A stretch of DNA of 64,000 nucleotides from an uncultured delta proteobacterium (GCA_963782055.1 CAWAIF010000003.1:2752001-2816000), one strand, 5' to 3'. Shown: positions 18,773 through 28,939, counted from the first letter of the stretch. Numbers and translations: made by a program. Notes: a model not told the origin generated them from the sequence alone.

Positions 18773-18965
18773 GCGACGGATAGCAGCGAGGGGAGGTGGA
18801 GCGGGCGCGGGCTGGGCTGGAGGAGGGCAGCGGGGGGGGGCGTGTGGGGGGATGTCTGCGCGAAGCGCCCATCTCCGAGGCGAGCCCTAGAACCTTGCGC
18901 GGGAGGGCAGGGGGGTGGCACGCTCGAGTGAGCGTTCCCTTTCCCACTATGCTTCTGGAGGCTTC

Positions 18966-19706
18966 ATGCGAGTCGCTTCGATCCTTTCCCTCGTGTTTGC
19001 TTCCTCCCTCGTCGTCGCGTGCAGCGGCGACAACGGCTCGTCGACGACAGACGACGGCGGCACGAACGACGGCGGCGGCACGACCGATGGCGGCACGACC
19101 GACGGCGGCGCGACCGATGGCGGCACGACCGACGGCGGCACGACCGACGGCGGCGGTGCCGACGGCGGTGTCCTGAACTGCGCCAACGCGAAGCCGGTGG
19201 TGCTCACCATCGGCAGCTGCAGCACCCTGACGGCCTGCGGCGGAGACCCCACGGGCACGTGGAACTACACGCAGGGCTGCCTCGCGGACCCCTTCGCGCA
19301 GGCGAAGAAGACCTGTCAGGCGCTGAACGTGACGCAGCAGACCGCAACGGTCCAGGGCTGCATCCAGTTCGCCGGCAACCTCGTCGGCCGCAACGTGAAG
19401 GTCAGCTACAGCGCGTCCGCGACCTTCCCGCTCGCCTGCGCGCTCGGCGACTGCGCCAACGCGGAGACGGCCCTCAAGGGCTACTTCCAGACCGCCACCT
19501 GCACCAAATCGACCACCGAGTGCAACTGCACCGTCGCCTCGACGTACACCACCACCGGCGGCGATACCTACTCGACGGCGAACAACCAGATCGTGACGGG
19601 CGCCGGCGACCACTACGACTTCTGCGTCAACGGCACGTCTCTCGGTTACTCCCACGTCTCGGGCAGCGCCCAGGAGCCGGGCAACTACACCCTCACCAAG
19701 CAGTGA
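18966..19706 (+). CDS. Cys-rich lipoprotein with (TTDGG)n linker
   Basis: GGAGG SD, lipobox LVVAC, 15-nt coding repeats, ACGGDPTGTW motif. Confidence 0.82.
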   Translation: MRVASILSLVFASSLVVACSGDNGSSTTDDGGTNDGGGTTDGGTTDGGATDGGTTDGGTTDGGGADGGVLNCANAKPVVLTIGSCSTLTACGGDPTGTWNYTQGCLADPFAQAKKTCQALNVTQQTATVQGCIQFAGNLVGRNVKVSYSASATFPLACALGDCANAETALKGYFQTATCTKSTTECNCTVASTYTTTGGDTYSTANNQIVTGAGDHYDFCVNGTSLGYSHVSGSAQEPGNYTLTKQ

Positions 19707-19749
19707 TCCCACTGGACGGCGGGAGGCATGGGCCCCACCTTCGAGGGCC

Positions 19750-20400
19750 ATGTCCTCCCTCGCCGTCGACGTCTTCTCCGATGTGGTCTGTCCCTGGTGC
19801 CTGATCGGCACCACCCGGCTCGATCAGGCCCTCGCCACCTTCCCCGACCTCCAGGCGACGGTGGTCTACCACCCGTTTCTCCTGGACCCGTCCACCCCGA
19901 CGGAGGGCCAGGATCTGCGCGAGCGGCTGCGCGCGAAGTACGGGGCAGACCCCGAGCGCATGTTCGAGCGGGTGGAGCACGAGGCGCGTGCCAGCGGCAT
20001 CCCCCTCGACTTCTCGCGGGTGAAGCGCTCGATCAACACGGTGAGGGCGCAGACGCTCCTGCGCCTCGCGCAGCAGAGGGGCACCCAGCGCCCCCTCGCG
20101 AAGGCCCTGTTCGCCGCCTACTTTCTCGAGGGCCAGGACGTGAGCGACCCGGAGGTGCTCGCCGCGCTGGCCTCCTCACACGGCTTCACGTCGGATGAAA
20201 CGCGCGCGCTCGTCGCCGACGAGGCGGAGCTGGAGCGCACCCGGCAGGAGGCGGCGGCCGCGACGGAGGAGGGCATCCAGGGCGTGCCCTTCTTCGTGTT
20301 CGATGGCCGCCTCGCCTTCTCCGGCGCCCAGCCGGTGGAGACCTTCCGGCAGGTCATCGCGCGCGCCCTCGAGCCGCGCGAGGAGGACCCCCAGACCTAG
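19750..20400 (+). CDS. DsbA/FrnE-family oxidoreductase
   Basis: DVFSDVVCPWC.IG, LF.AYF.EG.DV, GIQGVPFFVFD..AFSGAQP. Confidence 0.92.
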   Translation: MSSLAVDVFSDVVCPWCLIGTTRLDQALATFPDLQATVVYHPFLLDPSTPTEGQDLRERLRAKYGADPERMFERVEHEARASGIPLDFSRVKRSINTVRAQTLLRLAQQRGTQRPLAKALFAAYFLEGQDVSDPEVLAALASSHGFTSDETRALVADEAELERTRQEAAAATEEGIQGVPFFVFDGRLAFSGAQPVETFRQVIARALEPREEDPQT

Positions 20401-20468
20401 TCGCGCCGTCGCAGGCCCCGCGCGCGCCCCGCGGTCGTCGCAGGCCCCCGCGCGCTCCGCGCAGTCGC

Positions 20469-20876
20469 TCAGGGTTGGCGCACGACAGGCGTGCACGTCG
20501 TGCAGTCGTTACCCTCGCAGAACACCAGGTTGTCGCCCTGCTTCGACCACGTGCCCGTCTTCTGGTTCCCCAGGTCGGAGAAGGTGTTGCCGCACGGGTC
20601 GAAGGAGACGACCAGCGGGGCGACGCACATGCCGTCCTGCAGCGTGAGCTGGAAGGTGGCGTTGCCGCACGCATACTCGCCCGCGGGGCAGGTGCACACA
20701 CCACCGCCGCCGCTCCCACCGCCCCCGCCAGGGTTGTCCCAGGAGCTGGGCGGCCTGTCGGTGCTGCCGTGGACGGGGTCGCTGGCGCCGCCGTCGAGCA
20801 GGTCGCGCGGCGTCCCCGTACCGCCGCACGCGAGGGCGGCGGCGGCGACGACGGCGATGCAGAGAGGTGCGCGCAT
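20469..20876 (-). CDS. Small Cys-rich lipoprotein
   Basis: MRAPLCIAVVAAAALAC; TGATG overlap with the upstream OMP gene. Confidence 0.7.
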   Translation of the reverse strand: MRAPLCIAVVAAAALACGGTGTPRDLLDGGASDPVHGSTDRPPSSWDNPGGGGGSGGGGVCTCPAGEYACGNATFQLTLQDGMCVAPLVVSFDPCGNTFSDLGNQKTGTWSKQGDNLVFCEGNDCTTCTPVVRQP

Positions 20877-21721
20877 CAGAAGTAATATAGCGCGGAGACC
20901 GAGTTGGTGAAGATCGCCCACGGGTCGTTCTGGAACGTCGTGCCCACGCCGATGGTCGACAGGTTCGCGCCGTTGTTGTTCTGCGACGCCCACACCGTGT
21001 CGTAGCGGAAGCTCAGGCCGACGCTCCCCTGCAACGAGAGCTGCGGGATGCCGATGAACCCGAACTGCAGCTCCGCGCCGATGCGCGCGCCGATGTCGAG
21101 GCGGATGCCGTTCAACCCGATGTCCGGCGCCCCGCTGATGCTCGTCCCCGCGTAACCGAAGTTGACCTCCGGCACGAGCTCGAACGCGAAGTGCTGCGAG
21201 TACGCGAGGGCGAGCGGGACGCCGCCGTGGACGGCGAAGCCCACCACCGCGGGGGTGTTGTTGTCGGTGGTGACGCCCGCGTTGGTGACCGAGCCGGTGG
21301 CGCTGGAGACGCCGATGCCCAGGCCCACGTCCACGCCCATGCGGTTGTTCAGCCAGTAGCGCACCCCGATGACCGGCGCACTGACGGTGCCCTCCGTCAC
21401 GCCGGTGCCTGCGATCTGCGCGATGGGCACCTGCGAGACGCCGAGGTAGCCCGCGGCGAGGTGTCCGACGACCTGCTCGTGGTCGGTCTTCCCGGACGCC
21501 GCGTCGGGTGTGGCGGCGGCGGGGGGCGGGGTGGCGGCCGCGACCGTGGCGGTGGCGGTGGTCGCCGGCGGCGGAGGCGGCGGGGGCGGCGTGGTGGCGG
21601 TCGCGGTCGCGGTCGCGTCGCCACCGGCCGTGGCGCTCGTGTCGACGCCGGCGCCCTGCGCGAGCGCGAGGGCCGGGATGAAGAGCGCGGGAACCGTCAG
21701 TACGAACGTGGATGCTTTCAT
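20876..21721 (-). CDS. Outer-membrane beta-barrel protein
   Basis: Signal peptide ALALAQ, Pro/Thr linker, amphipathic strands, C-terminal SALYYF. Confidence 0.8.
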   Translation of the reverse strand: MKASTFVLTVPALFIPALALAQGAGVDTSATAGGDATATATATTPPPPPPPPATTATATVAAATPPPAAATPDAASGKTDHEQVVGHLAAGYLGVSQVPIAQIAGTGVTEGTVSAPVIGVRYWLNNRMGVDVGLGIGVSSATGSVTNAGVTTDNNTPAVVGFAVHGGVPLALAYSQHFAFELVPEVNFGYAGTSISGAPDIGLNGIRLDIGARIGAELQFGFIGIPQLSLQGSVGLSFRYDTVWASQNNNGANLSTIGVGTTFQNDPWAIFTNSVSALYYF

Positions 21722-21762
21722 GAATCACCTCCCTGGAAATCGGATGGAATCGTCACGTCTCG

Positions 21763-24096
21763 TCAGCGCACCAGCTCCAGGCGGGAGACCGCGCCGAAGC
21801 AGGCCATGTGGCCGCTCTCCTCCGCGACGTACACGTTGCAGCGCTCGTCGACGCGGAGCATGTCGGGGATCGCCTCGCAGGGGCCCACCGTCGCGAGCTT
21901 CTGGCCGTCGCGCGGGCGGAACACGTGCACGTCGGTGCTGGGCACGTACACCGCGCCGGAGCGCAGCACCGGCTCCAGGCGTCGCGGCACGTCCGCCTCC
22001 AGCACGCGCCCCAGCACGTGCCGGTAGCAGAGCGCGCCGGTCTCCCCGTCCAGGGCGACCAGCTCGCCCGTCGGCGTGTTGCCCACGATGCGGTCGTCGA
22101 TGGCCAGCCACGACGTGCCCATCGGCGCGACGGTGTGCGGCGAGGCCCAGCGCAGCGCGCCGGTGTCCCGCTCGAAGGCGCAGAGCCGCACGCCCTGGCG
22201 GTCGCGCACCACGATCACCACCGCGCGCCCCAGCACCAGCGGCGCGCCCTCCACCGTGCACGCCGCGCCCTTGTCGGCGCGAAGGTCGCCGCGCGAGTCC
22301 GGCCCGGGCACGTCGGTCGCGAAGCGCACGGCCCCGGAGTAGGGGTCGACGCCGTAGAGCTGCGTCGCGCCGCCCAGGCCACCCGCCACCGTGAAGAGCG
22401 CGTCGTGATCGACGGCGACGGCGCCGGAGAAGCGGAGCCGATCGCGCACGCGCCACACCACCGCGCCGGTGAGCACGTCGATGGCGCCGAAGGCGCTGTC
22501 GCCGCTGGTGAAGTAGAGAAGCTTGCCGTGACGCTTGAGGCGCAGCATCCCGCCCTTGCCCCACGCCGTGCGCCAGCGCGCGTCGCCGGTGGCGAGGTCC
22601 ACGGCGGAGAGGTGCCGCTCGCCCTCCGCCAGGATGACCATGCGCGGCAGCCCCGGCGCGCTCACCACCGCGCCCGCCGGCGGTCCGCCCGTCCGGGGTC
22701 GCACCCGCCCGCGCACCACGATCTCCCCCGTGGCGTAGTCGTGCAGGGCGAGCTCCCCGTCGGCGTGGAGCCGCGCGATCCCGGCCGGCGTCGCCACGCT
22801 GGAGGCACGGCGCGTCGGTACGCGCCACATGACGTCGCCGGTGGCCCGGTCCAGGCAGAACGTCTCGTGCGATCCACCGACGATCATCCGGTCGCCGCAG
22901 AGGAAGGTGGAGCGCAGGTCGATGCCCGGGACCAGCGCGCGCCACCGCATCGCGTAGCGCAGGCGCGCGCTCCCGCTCGACGGCGCCGCCTGCACGCGGG
23001 GCGGCCGCGCGGTGTGGACGAAGGCGCGGTACGGCTCCGGCTGCGGGTTCTGCTTGGAGTCGGCGCGGCACGCGTCGCGCACCTGGTCGCTCGTCTCGCG
23101 CAGCTCGCGGCGGAAGGCGGAGAGCCGGAGGTTGTGGGCCTGCGAGCGATCCCGCCGCAGCACCGCCCGCACCAGCGAGCGCCCGAAGCCGATCGCCGCG
23201 ATGGTGGCGTCGACCACCCGGAGGGCGGGGAAGGTGCACGGCTCGCGCTCCGGACCGCGCGGCCAGAGCGAGAGCGCCACCTCGCCGGCGACGTTCAGCC
23301 GCACTCCCACGCCCGCGCCGCCGGCGTCCTTGCGCACGTGGAGCGTGCGGCCGTGCTCCCACGCGCCGAGCGCCTGACGCATCACCGCGAGCAGCGACTC
23401 GGCGAACAGGAAGGGGTGCCCGCTCCCCAGCTCCACCACCCGCCCCCGCACCAGCGCGCGCATCCGGCCGCGGAAGAGGAGCCCGTGCAGGTCGGCGCGC
23501 TCGATCGGCTCGCCCTGGACGTCCGGCGCGGCGCGCACCGCGAAGTCGGCGGCGAAGGAGAGCGGCGCGTCGGCGTCGAGCTCCAGGGAGACCGGGCAGA
23601 GCTCGGAGTCGGGCGCGACCTCGTCGTCCTCCACGTCGATCGCCGCGAGCGCCCCGGACGAGGCCTCCAGCGCGGCGCGGTCGTGGAGGGCGAGCGGCCG
23701 CTCCAGCGCCCCGGCCACCGCCTCCTGCGCGGCGCCCACCACGTCGGGGAAAGGCACGCGCGCGTCGTAGACCGCGATCTCCGGCAGCGCCCCGGTGCGA
23801 TACACGCTGAGCGAGGCCTGCCCCCCCAGCCGCTCGATGCAGAGCTCCCAGGGCTCGTCGTAGAACCGGACGATGGCCTTGCCGCGCGACGCGCCGGCCA
23901 GCTCGACGACGGCCGACGCCAGATCGCGCAGTACGGTGGCGCCGTGTCCTTCGCCCACGCGGGCGGTGACGTTGGCGCCGTGCACGAACACGTCGATGGC
24001 CGCCGAAGCGTCGCCGGAGGCGGATCGCAGGCCGTTGGGGTGGGAAAGACCGCGGCGCGGGGCCGGCGGGGCGAGGAAGATCTCGATCGCTCTCAT
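21763..24096 (-). CDS. PQQ-like beta-propeller repeat protein
   Basis: Repeated C-terminal blades (CLDRATGDVMW, AVDLATGDARW, AIDVLTGAVVW, AFERDTGALRW). Start uncertain; GTG at 24165 is possible. Confidence 0.8.
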   Translation of the reverse strand: MRAIEIFLAPPAPRRGLSHPNGLRSASGDASAAIDVFVHGANVTARVGEGHGATVLRDLASAVVELAGASRGKAIVRFYDEPWELCIERLGGQASLSVYRTGALPEIAVYDARVPFPDVVGAAQEAVAGALERPLALHDRAALEASSGALAAIDVEDDEVAPDSELCPVSLELDADAPLSFAADFAVRAAPDVQGEPIERADLHGLLFRGRMRALVRGRVVELGSGHPFLFAESLLAVMRQALGAWEHGRTLHVRKDAGGAGVGVRLNVAGEVALSLWPRGPEREPCTFPALRVVDATIAAIGFGRSLVRAVLRRDRSQAHNLRLSAFRRELRETSDQVRDACRADSKQNPQPEPYRAFVHTARPPRVQAAPSSGSARLRYAMRWRALVPGIDLRSTFLCGDRMIVGGSHETFCLDRATGDVMWRVPTRRASSVATPAGIARLHADGELALHDYATGEIVVRGRVRPRTGGPPAGAVVSAPGLPRMVILAEGERHLSAVDLATGDARWRTAWGKGGMLRLKRHGKLLYFTSGDSAFGAIDVLTGAVVWRVRDRLRFSGAVAVDHDALFTVAGGLGGATQLYGVDPYSGAVRFATDVPGPDSRGDLRADKGAACTVEGAPLVLGRAVVIVVRDRQGVRLCAFERDTGALRWASPHTVAPMGTSWLAIDDRIVGNTPTGELVALDGETGALCYRHVLGRVLEADVPRRLEPVLRSGAVYVPSTDVHVFRPRDGQKLATVGPCEAIPDMLRVDERCNVYVAEESGHMACFGAVSRLELVR

Positions 24097-24230
24097 TTCG
24101 GGTGGGCCGTGCCCGAGGTGAATCGTAGGAAGTTCCGGCGTCACGACGTAGTTTTCGGCAACCACTGACGGGGATTGGACTTCACACGACGAGGCTGATA
24201 GCGGGCGCGGCAGGGGGGTATGCTGGCCGG

Positions 24231-25733
24231 ATGCGAGGCGCGATGGCGGGGCTCTCGGTGCTGATCGCGTCCTGCGGCGGTGCCCCGCGGCAGCCGCCGC
24301 GCTCCGCACCGAGGCACGCCAGCGTCGTCATCCCCGCGGCGGCCTCCGGGCTGCGCTGCGCGCCGTCGCCCCCGCCGGGCTCGTGGCGGACAGGGCCTCG
24401 CGCCGTGTCGCCGGACGGCAAGACGCTCGCCAGCGCGAGCGAGCACGACCTCGTGCTCTTCGACACCGGGACGTGGAAGCCTCGCGCGACGATTCACCGG
24501 AGCGGGACGCCCACGCTGGCGCTGGCGTTCTCCCCGGACGGGCGCTGGCTCGCCGTGGACGCCGGCGCGAAGGGCGCCGCGGTAGGCACGCTCGACCTGT
24601 ACGAGAGCGCGAGCGGGAAGCGCGTCGAGACCCTCCACACCGCGAACGCGCCAGAGGATCAGGACCCTGTGATGGCCTTCGCCCCGGACAGCAGCTGGAT
24701 CGCCTGGCCCCGACGCATCGCGGACGACGCGCCGCCCGAGGTCGGGATCCAGCGCATCGGCGTCCCGCACGGCGTGACCGTGGTCCGGGGCCCGTCGACC
24801 GCCGCCGCCGGCGACGACGAGGTGCCGCCGACGATTCGTCGGATGGAGGCGAGCGGGGACGGCAAGGTGCTCGCCGTCGCGTGGGACACGGGTGAGGTCG
24901 CGCTCGTCGCCGTTCCCTCCGGGCGCCGGATCGCCACGGTGAAGCCGGACAGCCAGGTCGGCTTCGCCTTCTCCTCCTCCAGCCGCTACTTCGCCGCCGG
25001 CACCACCGTCATCGACCTGCGTACCGAGCGGAAGCGCACGCTCCACGACGCGGCCTGCTCCGGCGGGCTCGGCGCGCCCCTCTTCAGCCACGACGGGGCG
25101 CGCGTCGCCATCGGCGGGAGCGTCTTCGTCACGTGCACCTTCTTCAGCGGGACCGGCCGGCTCGACCGGCGCTTTCCGGGGACTCCACCCCCGCTCCCCG
25201 CCCACATGGAGGACGAAGGGATCGTCATGCCGGTGGTCTGGACGCCGCACGATCACGGGCTCCTGGTGGCCGCCATGCTGGGCAGCATCCCCACCCTCTG
25301 GAACGTGCAGACGCAGACGAAGGTCCCTCTGGGCGACGACGTCGCCTCGGTCCGTGACAGCCTGATCCGGCCCGACGGATCGGTCGTGCTCCTCTACGAC
25401 AGCGGCTTTCCCTACGCGAATCTCGTCGACGACAGCCGGCTCGTCATGGTGACCCAGCCCCCCCACGACGAGGACGACGCCCCACAGGGGGAAGCCGGCC
25501 GCAGCGCCGACGGCGAGATGCTCGCCCTGAGCTACGAGGACGGCCCGCACCTGGTGTCCACACGCGACGGTCGCGTTCGCTCCCGGATCGCCGCGCCCGA
25601 CGTGCGCGTCGTGGGATTCGATCGGCACGCGCACTTCGTCTTCACCATGCAGGACGAGCTGCGCGTCTGGGACGTCGCCACCGGCGCGCTGCGGCTGAAG
25701 CCCCCGAGCTGCACCGGCTGCGGATGCCGCTGA
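24231..25733 (+). CDS. WD40-repeat lipoprotein
   Basis: LIASC lipobox; AVSPDGKTLAS, LAFSPDGRWLA, LRVWDVATG. ATG lies 6 nt after TATGCT. Confidence 0.78.
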   Translation: MRGAMAGLSVLIASCGGAPRQPPRSAPRHASVVIPAAASGLRCAPSPPPGSWRTGPRAVSPDGKTLASASEHDLVLFDTGTWKPRATIHRSGTPTLALAFSPDGRWLAVDAGAKGAAVGTLDLYESASGKRVETLHTANAPEDQDPVMAFAPDSSWIAWPRRIADDAPPEVGIQRIGVPHGVTVVRGPSTAAAGDDEVPPTIRRMEASGDGKVLAVAWDTGEVALVAVPSGRRIATVKPDSQVGFAFSSSSRYFAAGTTVIDLRTERKRTLHDAACSGGLGAPLFSHDGARVAIGGSVFVTCTFFSGTGRLDRRFPGTPPPLPAHMEDEGIVMPVVWTPHDHGLLVAAMLGSIPTLWNVQTQTKVPLGDDVASVRDSLIRPDGSVVLLYDSGFPYANLVDDSRLVMVTQPPHDEDDAPQGEAGRSADGEMLALSYEDGPHLVSTRDGRVRSRIAAPDVRVVGFDRHAHFVFTMQDELRVWDVATGALRLKPPSCTGCGCR

Positions 25734-25784
25734 CGACCTCTCGCGCGAGGCGCTTCACGCGGCCGGACGTGATACGAGGGCCGC

Positions 25785-26336
25785 ATGACCTTCACCGCGT
25801 ACCTCCGGGCCATCCAGCGTCTCTATGCCGGCGCCGATAGGCGCCTGGTGCTCTCGCGTCCCGCCTCGGAGACGAAGCTGAGCGCGCTGGAGAAGCAGCT
25901 CGGCGCCAAGCTCCCCGCCGCGCTGCGCAGCGCGTGGCGCGCCGCCGACGGCGGGCCGGACTACACGCCAGTCTTCGCGCGGCCGGGCTTCCTCACCGGC
26001 TACGACTTCCTCCCGGTCGCCGGCGCGCGTGACGCGCACGCGGGGTTCCGCCGGCGCGCCCCCCAGTACGAGGGGTACGAGCCGCCGAAGAAGCGTGACA
26101 GGCGCATCCGCCCCGGATGGTTCGAGCCCGGTTGGGTCCCCTTCGGTGCCTTCGGCGGGGCGACGCTGGTGCTCATGGTCGACCTGAGCCCGAGCGCGAA
26201 GGGCGTGAAGGGGCAGGTCATCGCCTTCACGCACGATCCCGACGAGATCACCTGGGTGGCCCCGTCCTTCGCCGATTTCCTCGCGCGATCGGCGAAGGCG
26301 TTCGCCAAGGACTCCGACGAGCTCCTCGAGGAGTGA
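25785..26336 (+). CDS. SMI1/KNR4-family protein
   Basis: PASE..LSALEKQLGAKLPAALR..W..ADG ... WVPFG...LMVDLSP...G..GQVI...HD...VAPSFADFL. Confidence 0.9.
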   Translation: MTFTAYLRAIQRLYAGADRRLVLSRPASETKLSALEKQLGAKLPAALRSAWRAADGGPDYTPVFARPGFLTGYDFLPVAGARDAHAGFRRRAPQYEGYEPPKKRDRRIRPGWFEPGWVPFGAFGGATLVLMVDLSPSAKGVKGQVIAFTHDPDEITWVAPSFADFLARSAKAFAKDSDELLEE

Positions 26337-26339
26337 CGC

Positions 26340-26603
26340 TCAGCGGGTCTGCACGTTGCAGCTGCACCGGCCGAAGGACCACCGGTAGAGGTCCGGCCGG
26401 CAGCACAGGTCGCAGCTCCTGGACCCCAGCTCGTGCCGGCATCGCGCGGTCGACGCCGGCGCGGGCCGGAGCCCCGCGTTGTAGTACTCGGCGAAGACGA
26501 AGGTCGCGAGCACCAGGACGAGCAGACCCAGCCCCAGGTAGACCGAGCGCATGGCGCGCCGGGTGATCTCGTTCTGGGGCTCGGGCTGGAACGGCGGCTC
26601 CAC
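26340..26603 (-). CDS. Small single-TM Cys-rich hypothetical protein
   Basis: One hydrophobic helix followed by SCDLCC...CSC; fills the gap between neighbouring genes. Confidence 0.5.
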   Translation of the reverse strand: MEPPFQPEPQNEITRRAMRSVYLGLGLLVLVLATFVFAEYYNAGLRPAPASTARCRHELGSRSCDLCCRPDLYRWSFGRCSCNVQTR

Positions 26604-26652
26604 CTGCCGATGACACCACGCGCGTGCACGCGGAGCAACCGCAGCTCGGCTC

Positions 26653-27492
26653 TCAGAGCGGGTTCATCGTCGCGCACGTCCCGAGCGGGCCCGCGCCGTT
26701 CTGCACCGGCGTCGACCAGCCGCTGGCGGTGCACTGGTACCAGACGCTGTCGTACTTCGACTGCACGCACGTGCGGGGAGGCACCGCGCGACCCAGCGTG
26801 CCGGAGTCGCACCACGGGTAGGAGGTGGTGCAGGCGGTCTTGCCCGACACCCAGTTGCCGTCGACGCAGTGGTACCACGCGGCGTCGCCTGCCGACTGCA
26901 GGCAGGTGCCGTCGGGGACGTCGCCGTCCAGCGTGCTGGACGCGCAGTCCGCCGGCGCTCCCCCGCCGCCGCCCCCGCCGCCGCCCCCGCCGCCCGCGCA
27001 CGGGCCGAGGGGCGTGGAGCTGCTCACCTTGGTGACCTTGACCGGGAAGCGATCGCTCCACCCCGCGCTCTTGGTGCCGAAGAGGTGCTCGGAGACGAGC
27101 GGCGAGGCGTCGATGATGGCGCGGCCGGCCGCGTTCTCCACGCACACGTCCGGGCCGTAGTCGTCCGTCTCGGCGACGACGCACTTGCCGTTGGCCTCGA
27201 TCTGGATGTGCGCCCCGCACCCGAAGCGCTGACGGCTCGCCGCGTAGTACCAGCTCCCGTGCTTGGTGTACTCGCCGCAGGACATGATGCCGTCGTCGCC
27301 GGGGCTGAAGCCGAAGGACGTCAGGTAGTACTGCCCGCTGGACGCCTGCGCGCTCGACGCCTTGCCGTGGCACCCGGAGAGCCCTTCGGTGGCGCTCGAC
27401 GAGGAGCTGAGCCCGGAGTCCTCCGGCGCGCTGCCGCATGCCACGACGAGGACGGAGGAGATGGCGATGGCGCCGAGGACGAGACGGTTCAT
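26653..27492 (-). CDS. Lipoprotein with RlpA-like double-psi beta-barrel and two Cys-rich repeats
   Basis: LVVAC lipobox; CG..I.I..NGKCVVAETDDYGP...IIDASP; poly-Gly linker; two C.S.TL...VP..TC.QS...WY.C..G.W repeats. Confidence 0.72.
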   Translation of the reverse strand: MNRLVLGAIAISSVLVVACGSAPEDSGLSSSSSATEGLSGCHGKASSAQASSGQYYLTSFGFSPGDDGIMSCGEYTKHGSWYYAASRQRFGCGAHIQIEANGKCVVAETDDYGPDVCVENAAGRAIIDASPLVSEHLFGTKSAGWSDRFPVKVTKVSSSTPLGPCAGGGGGGGGGGGGAPADCASSTLDGDVPDGTCLQSAGDAAWYHCVDGNWVSGKTACTTSYPWCDSGTLGRAVPPRTCVQSKYDSVWYQCTASGWSTPVQNGAGPLGTCATMNPL

Positions 27493-27652
27493 GGACGCTC
27501 TCCGGGAAAGAGTTCGCGATGGGTCGCGAGCCCGAGCTGGATCTGGATCGGAGAAGGATCAGCAACTCCGACCTGGGTGGATGTGGGATAGCCCCAGCAC
27601 CCGCGGAAAGTTGCCGTGCGAACGTGCGCGAACCCGCGCGAGCATCCCCCCA

Positions 27653-27668
27653 AGCAGCCGGCGTGCCA
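27653..27668 (-). promoter_or_regulatory. Putative sigma-54 -24/-12 promoter for the RlpA-like gene
   Basis: TGGCACG-CCGG-CTGCT, in an intergenic region and correctly oriented. Confidence 0.6.
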
Positions 27669-27744
27669 CTCCCCGCCGCGGCCGCGCGCCACGGTACTTC
27701 TGCCGCGGGGCGCCCGCGCCGGCGCCGTGGTATGCACCACGCCC

Positions 27745-28939
27745 ATGCCCGCCGAAGACTCCTTCGCCGCCCTGTTCGAGGCCCAGTCCACCGGTCCGGA
27801 TCGCCGCCCGCGCCAGCTCCGCGTCGGCGAGACGCTGGAGGCCGTCGTCATCCAGGTGGGCCAGGACACTATCTTCCTGGAGATCGACGGCAAGCGTCAG
27901 GCGATGCTCGACACCGCCGAGGTGCGCGAGGAGGACGGCGCCGTCGAGGTGAAGGTGGGCGACACCCTGCGCGCCAAGGTGGTGGAGGTGGACCCGACGA
28001 GCGGCAGTGTCCGCCTCGCGCGCTCCTTCGGCAAGTCGGGCGATCCGACGCAGAATCCTCCAGGCCTACGAGGCGGGCCTCCCGGTGGAGGGCAAGGTCA
28101 CCGGCGTCAACAAGGGCGGCATCGAGGTGGACCTCGGTCGCGGCGCGCGCGGCTTCTGTCCCATGTCGCAGATCAGCGCGCAGCGCGGCTCGGTGGACGC
28201 CAAGGAGCTCGTCGGCGAGTCGCTCTCCTTCCTGGTCACCGAGCTGAAGGATGGCGGACGCAGCATCGTCCTCTCGCGCCGCCGCCTGCAGGAGGCCGAG
28301 GCGCGCGAGGGTCGCGAGGAGACGCTGCGCACGCTGGAGAAGGGCAAGCTGGTGCGCGGCACGGTCACGGCGGTGCGCGACTTCGGCGCCTTCGTCGACC
28401 TGGGGGGCATCGAGGGCCTCATCCCCGCGTCGGAGATCTCCCACGAGCGCGGCGTCCCCGTCTCCGACCGCATCCGCGCGGGGGAGGTGGTGGAGGCGCA
28501 GGTGCTGGACATCCGGGACGACGAGAAGGGCCAGAAGCGCATCAGCCTCTCGCTCAAGGCGCTGCTCCCCGCGCCGGAGCGCGCCCCCCAGAAGGTCGGC
28601 ACGCGGCCGACCATCGGCGCCATCGTGAAGGGCAAGGTGGTGCGCATCGAGCACTACGGCGTCTTCGTGCAGGTGGACGGCACCGAGGGCCGGGAGGGGC
28701 GTGGACTCGTCCCCGCCGCCGAGCTCGGCGTCCCGCGCGGGACGGACCTGCGCAAGAGCTTCCCCGAGGGCACCGAGCTCACCGCGAAGGTGCTGGAGAC
28801 CGGTGACGGCCGGCTCAAGCTCTCGGTGAAGGGCGCGAAGGACGCCGCGGAGCGGGCGGAGTACGAGACGCACCGGGAGAAGGCGTCGGCGCCCTCCGGC
28901 TTCGGCACCTTCGGAGATCTGCTCAAGAAGAAGAAGTGA
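27745..28939 (+). CDS. Multi-S1-domain RNA-binding protein (RpsA-like paralog), frameshift near 28054
   Basis: Four S1 repeats (GFCPMSQI, DFGAFVDLGGIEGLIPASEIS, YGVFVQ) and C-terminal GFGTFGDLL. Removing one A from CAGAATCC joins the two frames. Confidence 0.85.

Noticed and set aside
18709..19170. CRISPR array
   Set aside because: The repeats are 9-nt G-rich units and 15-nt in-frame TTDGG codons with no unique spacers; no cas genes are present.
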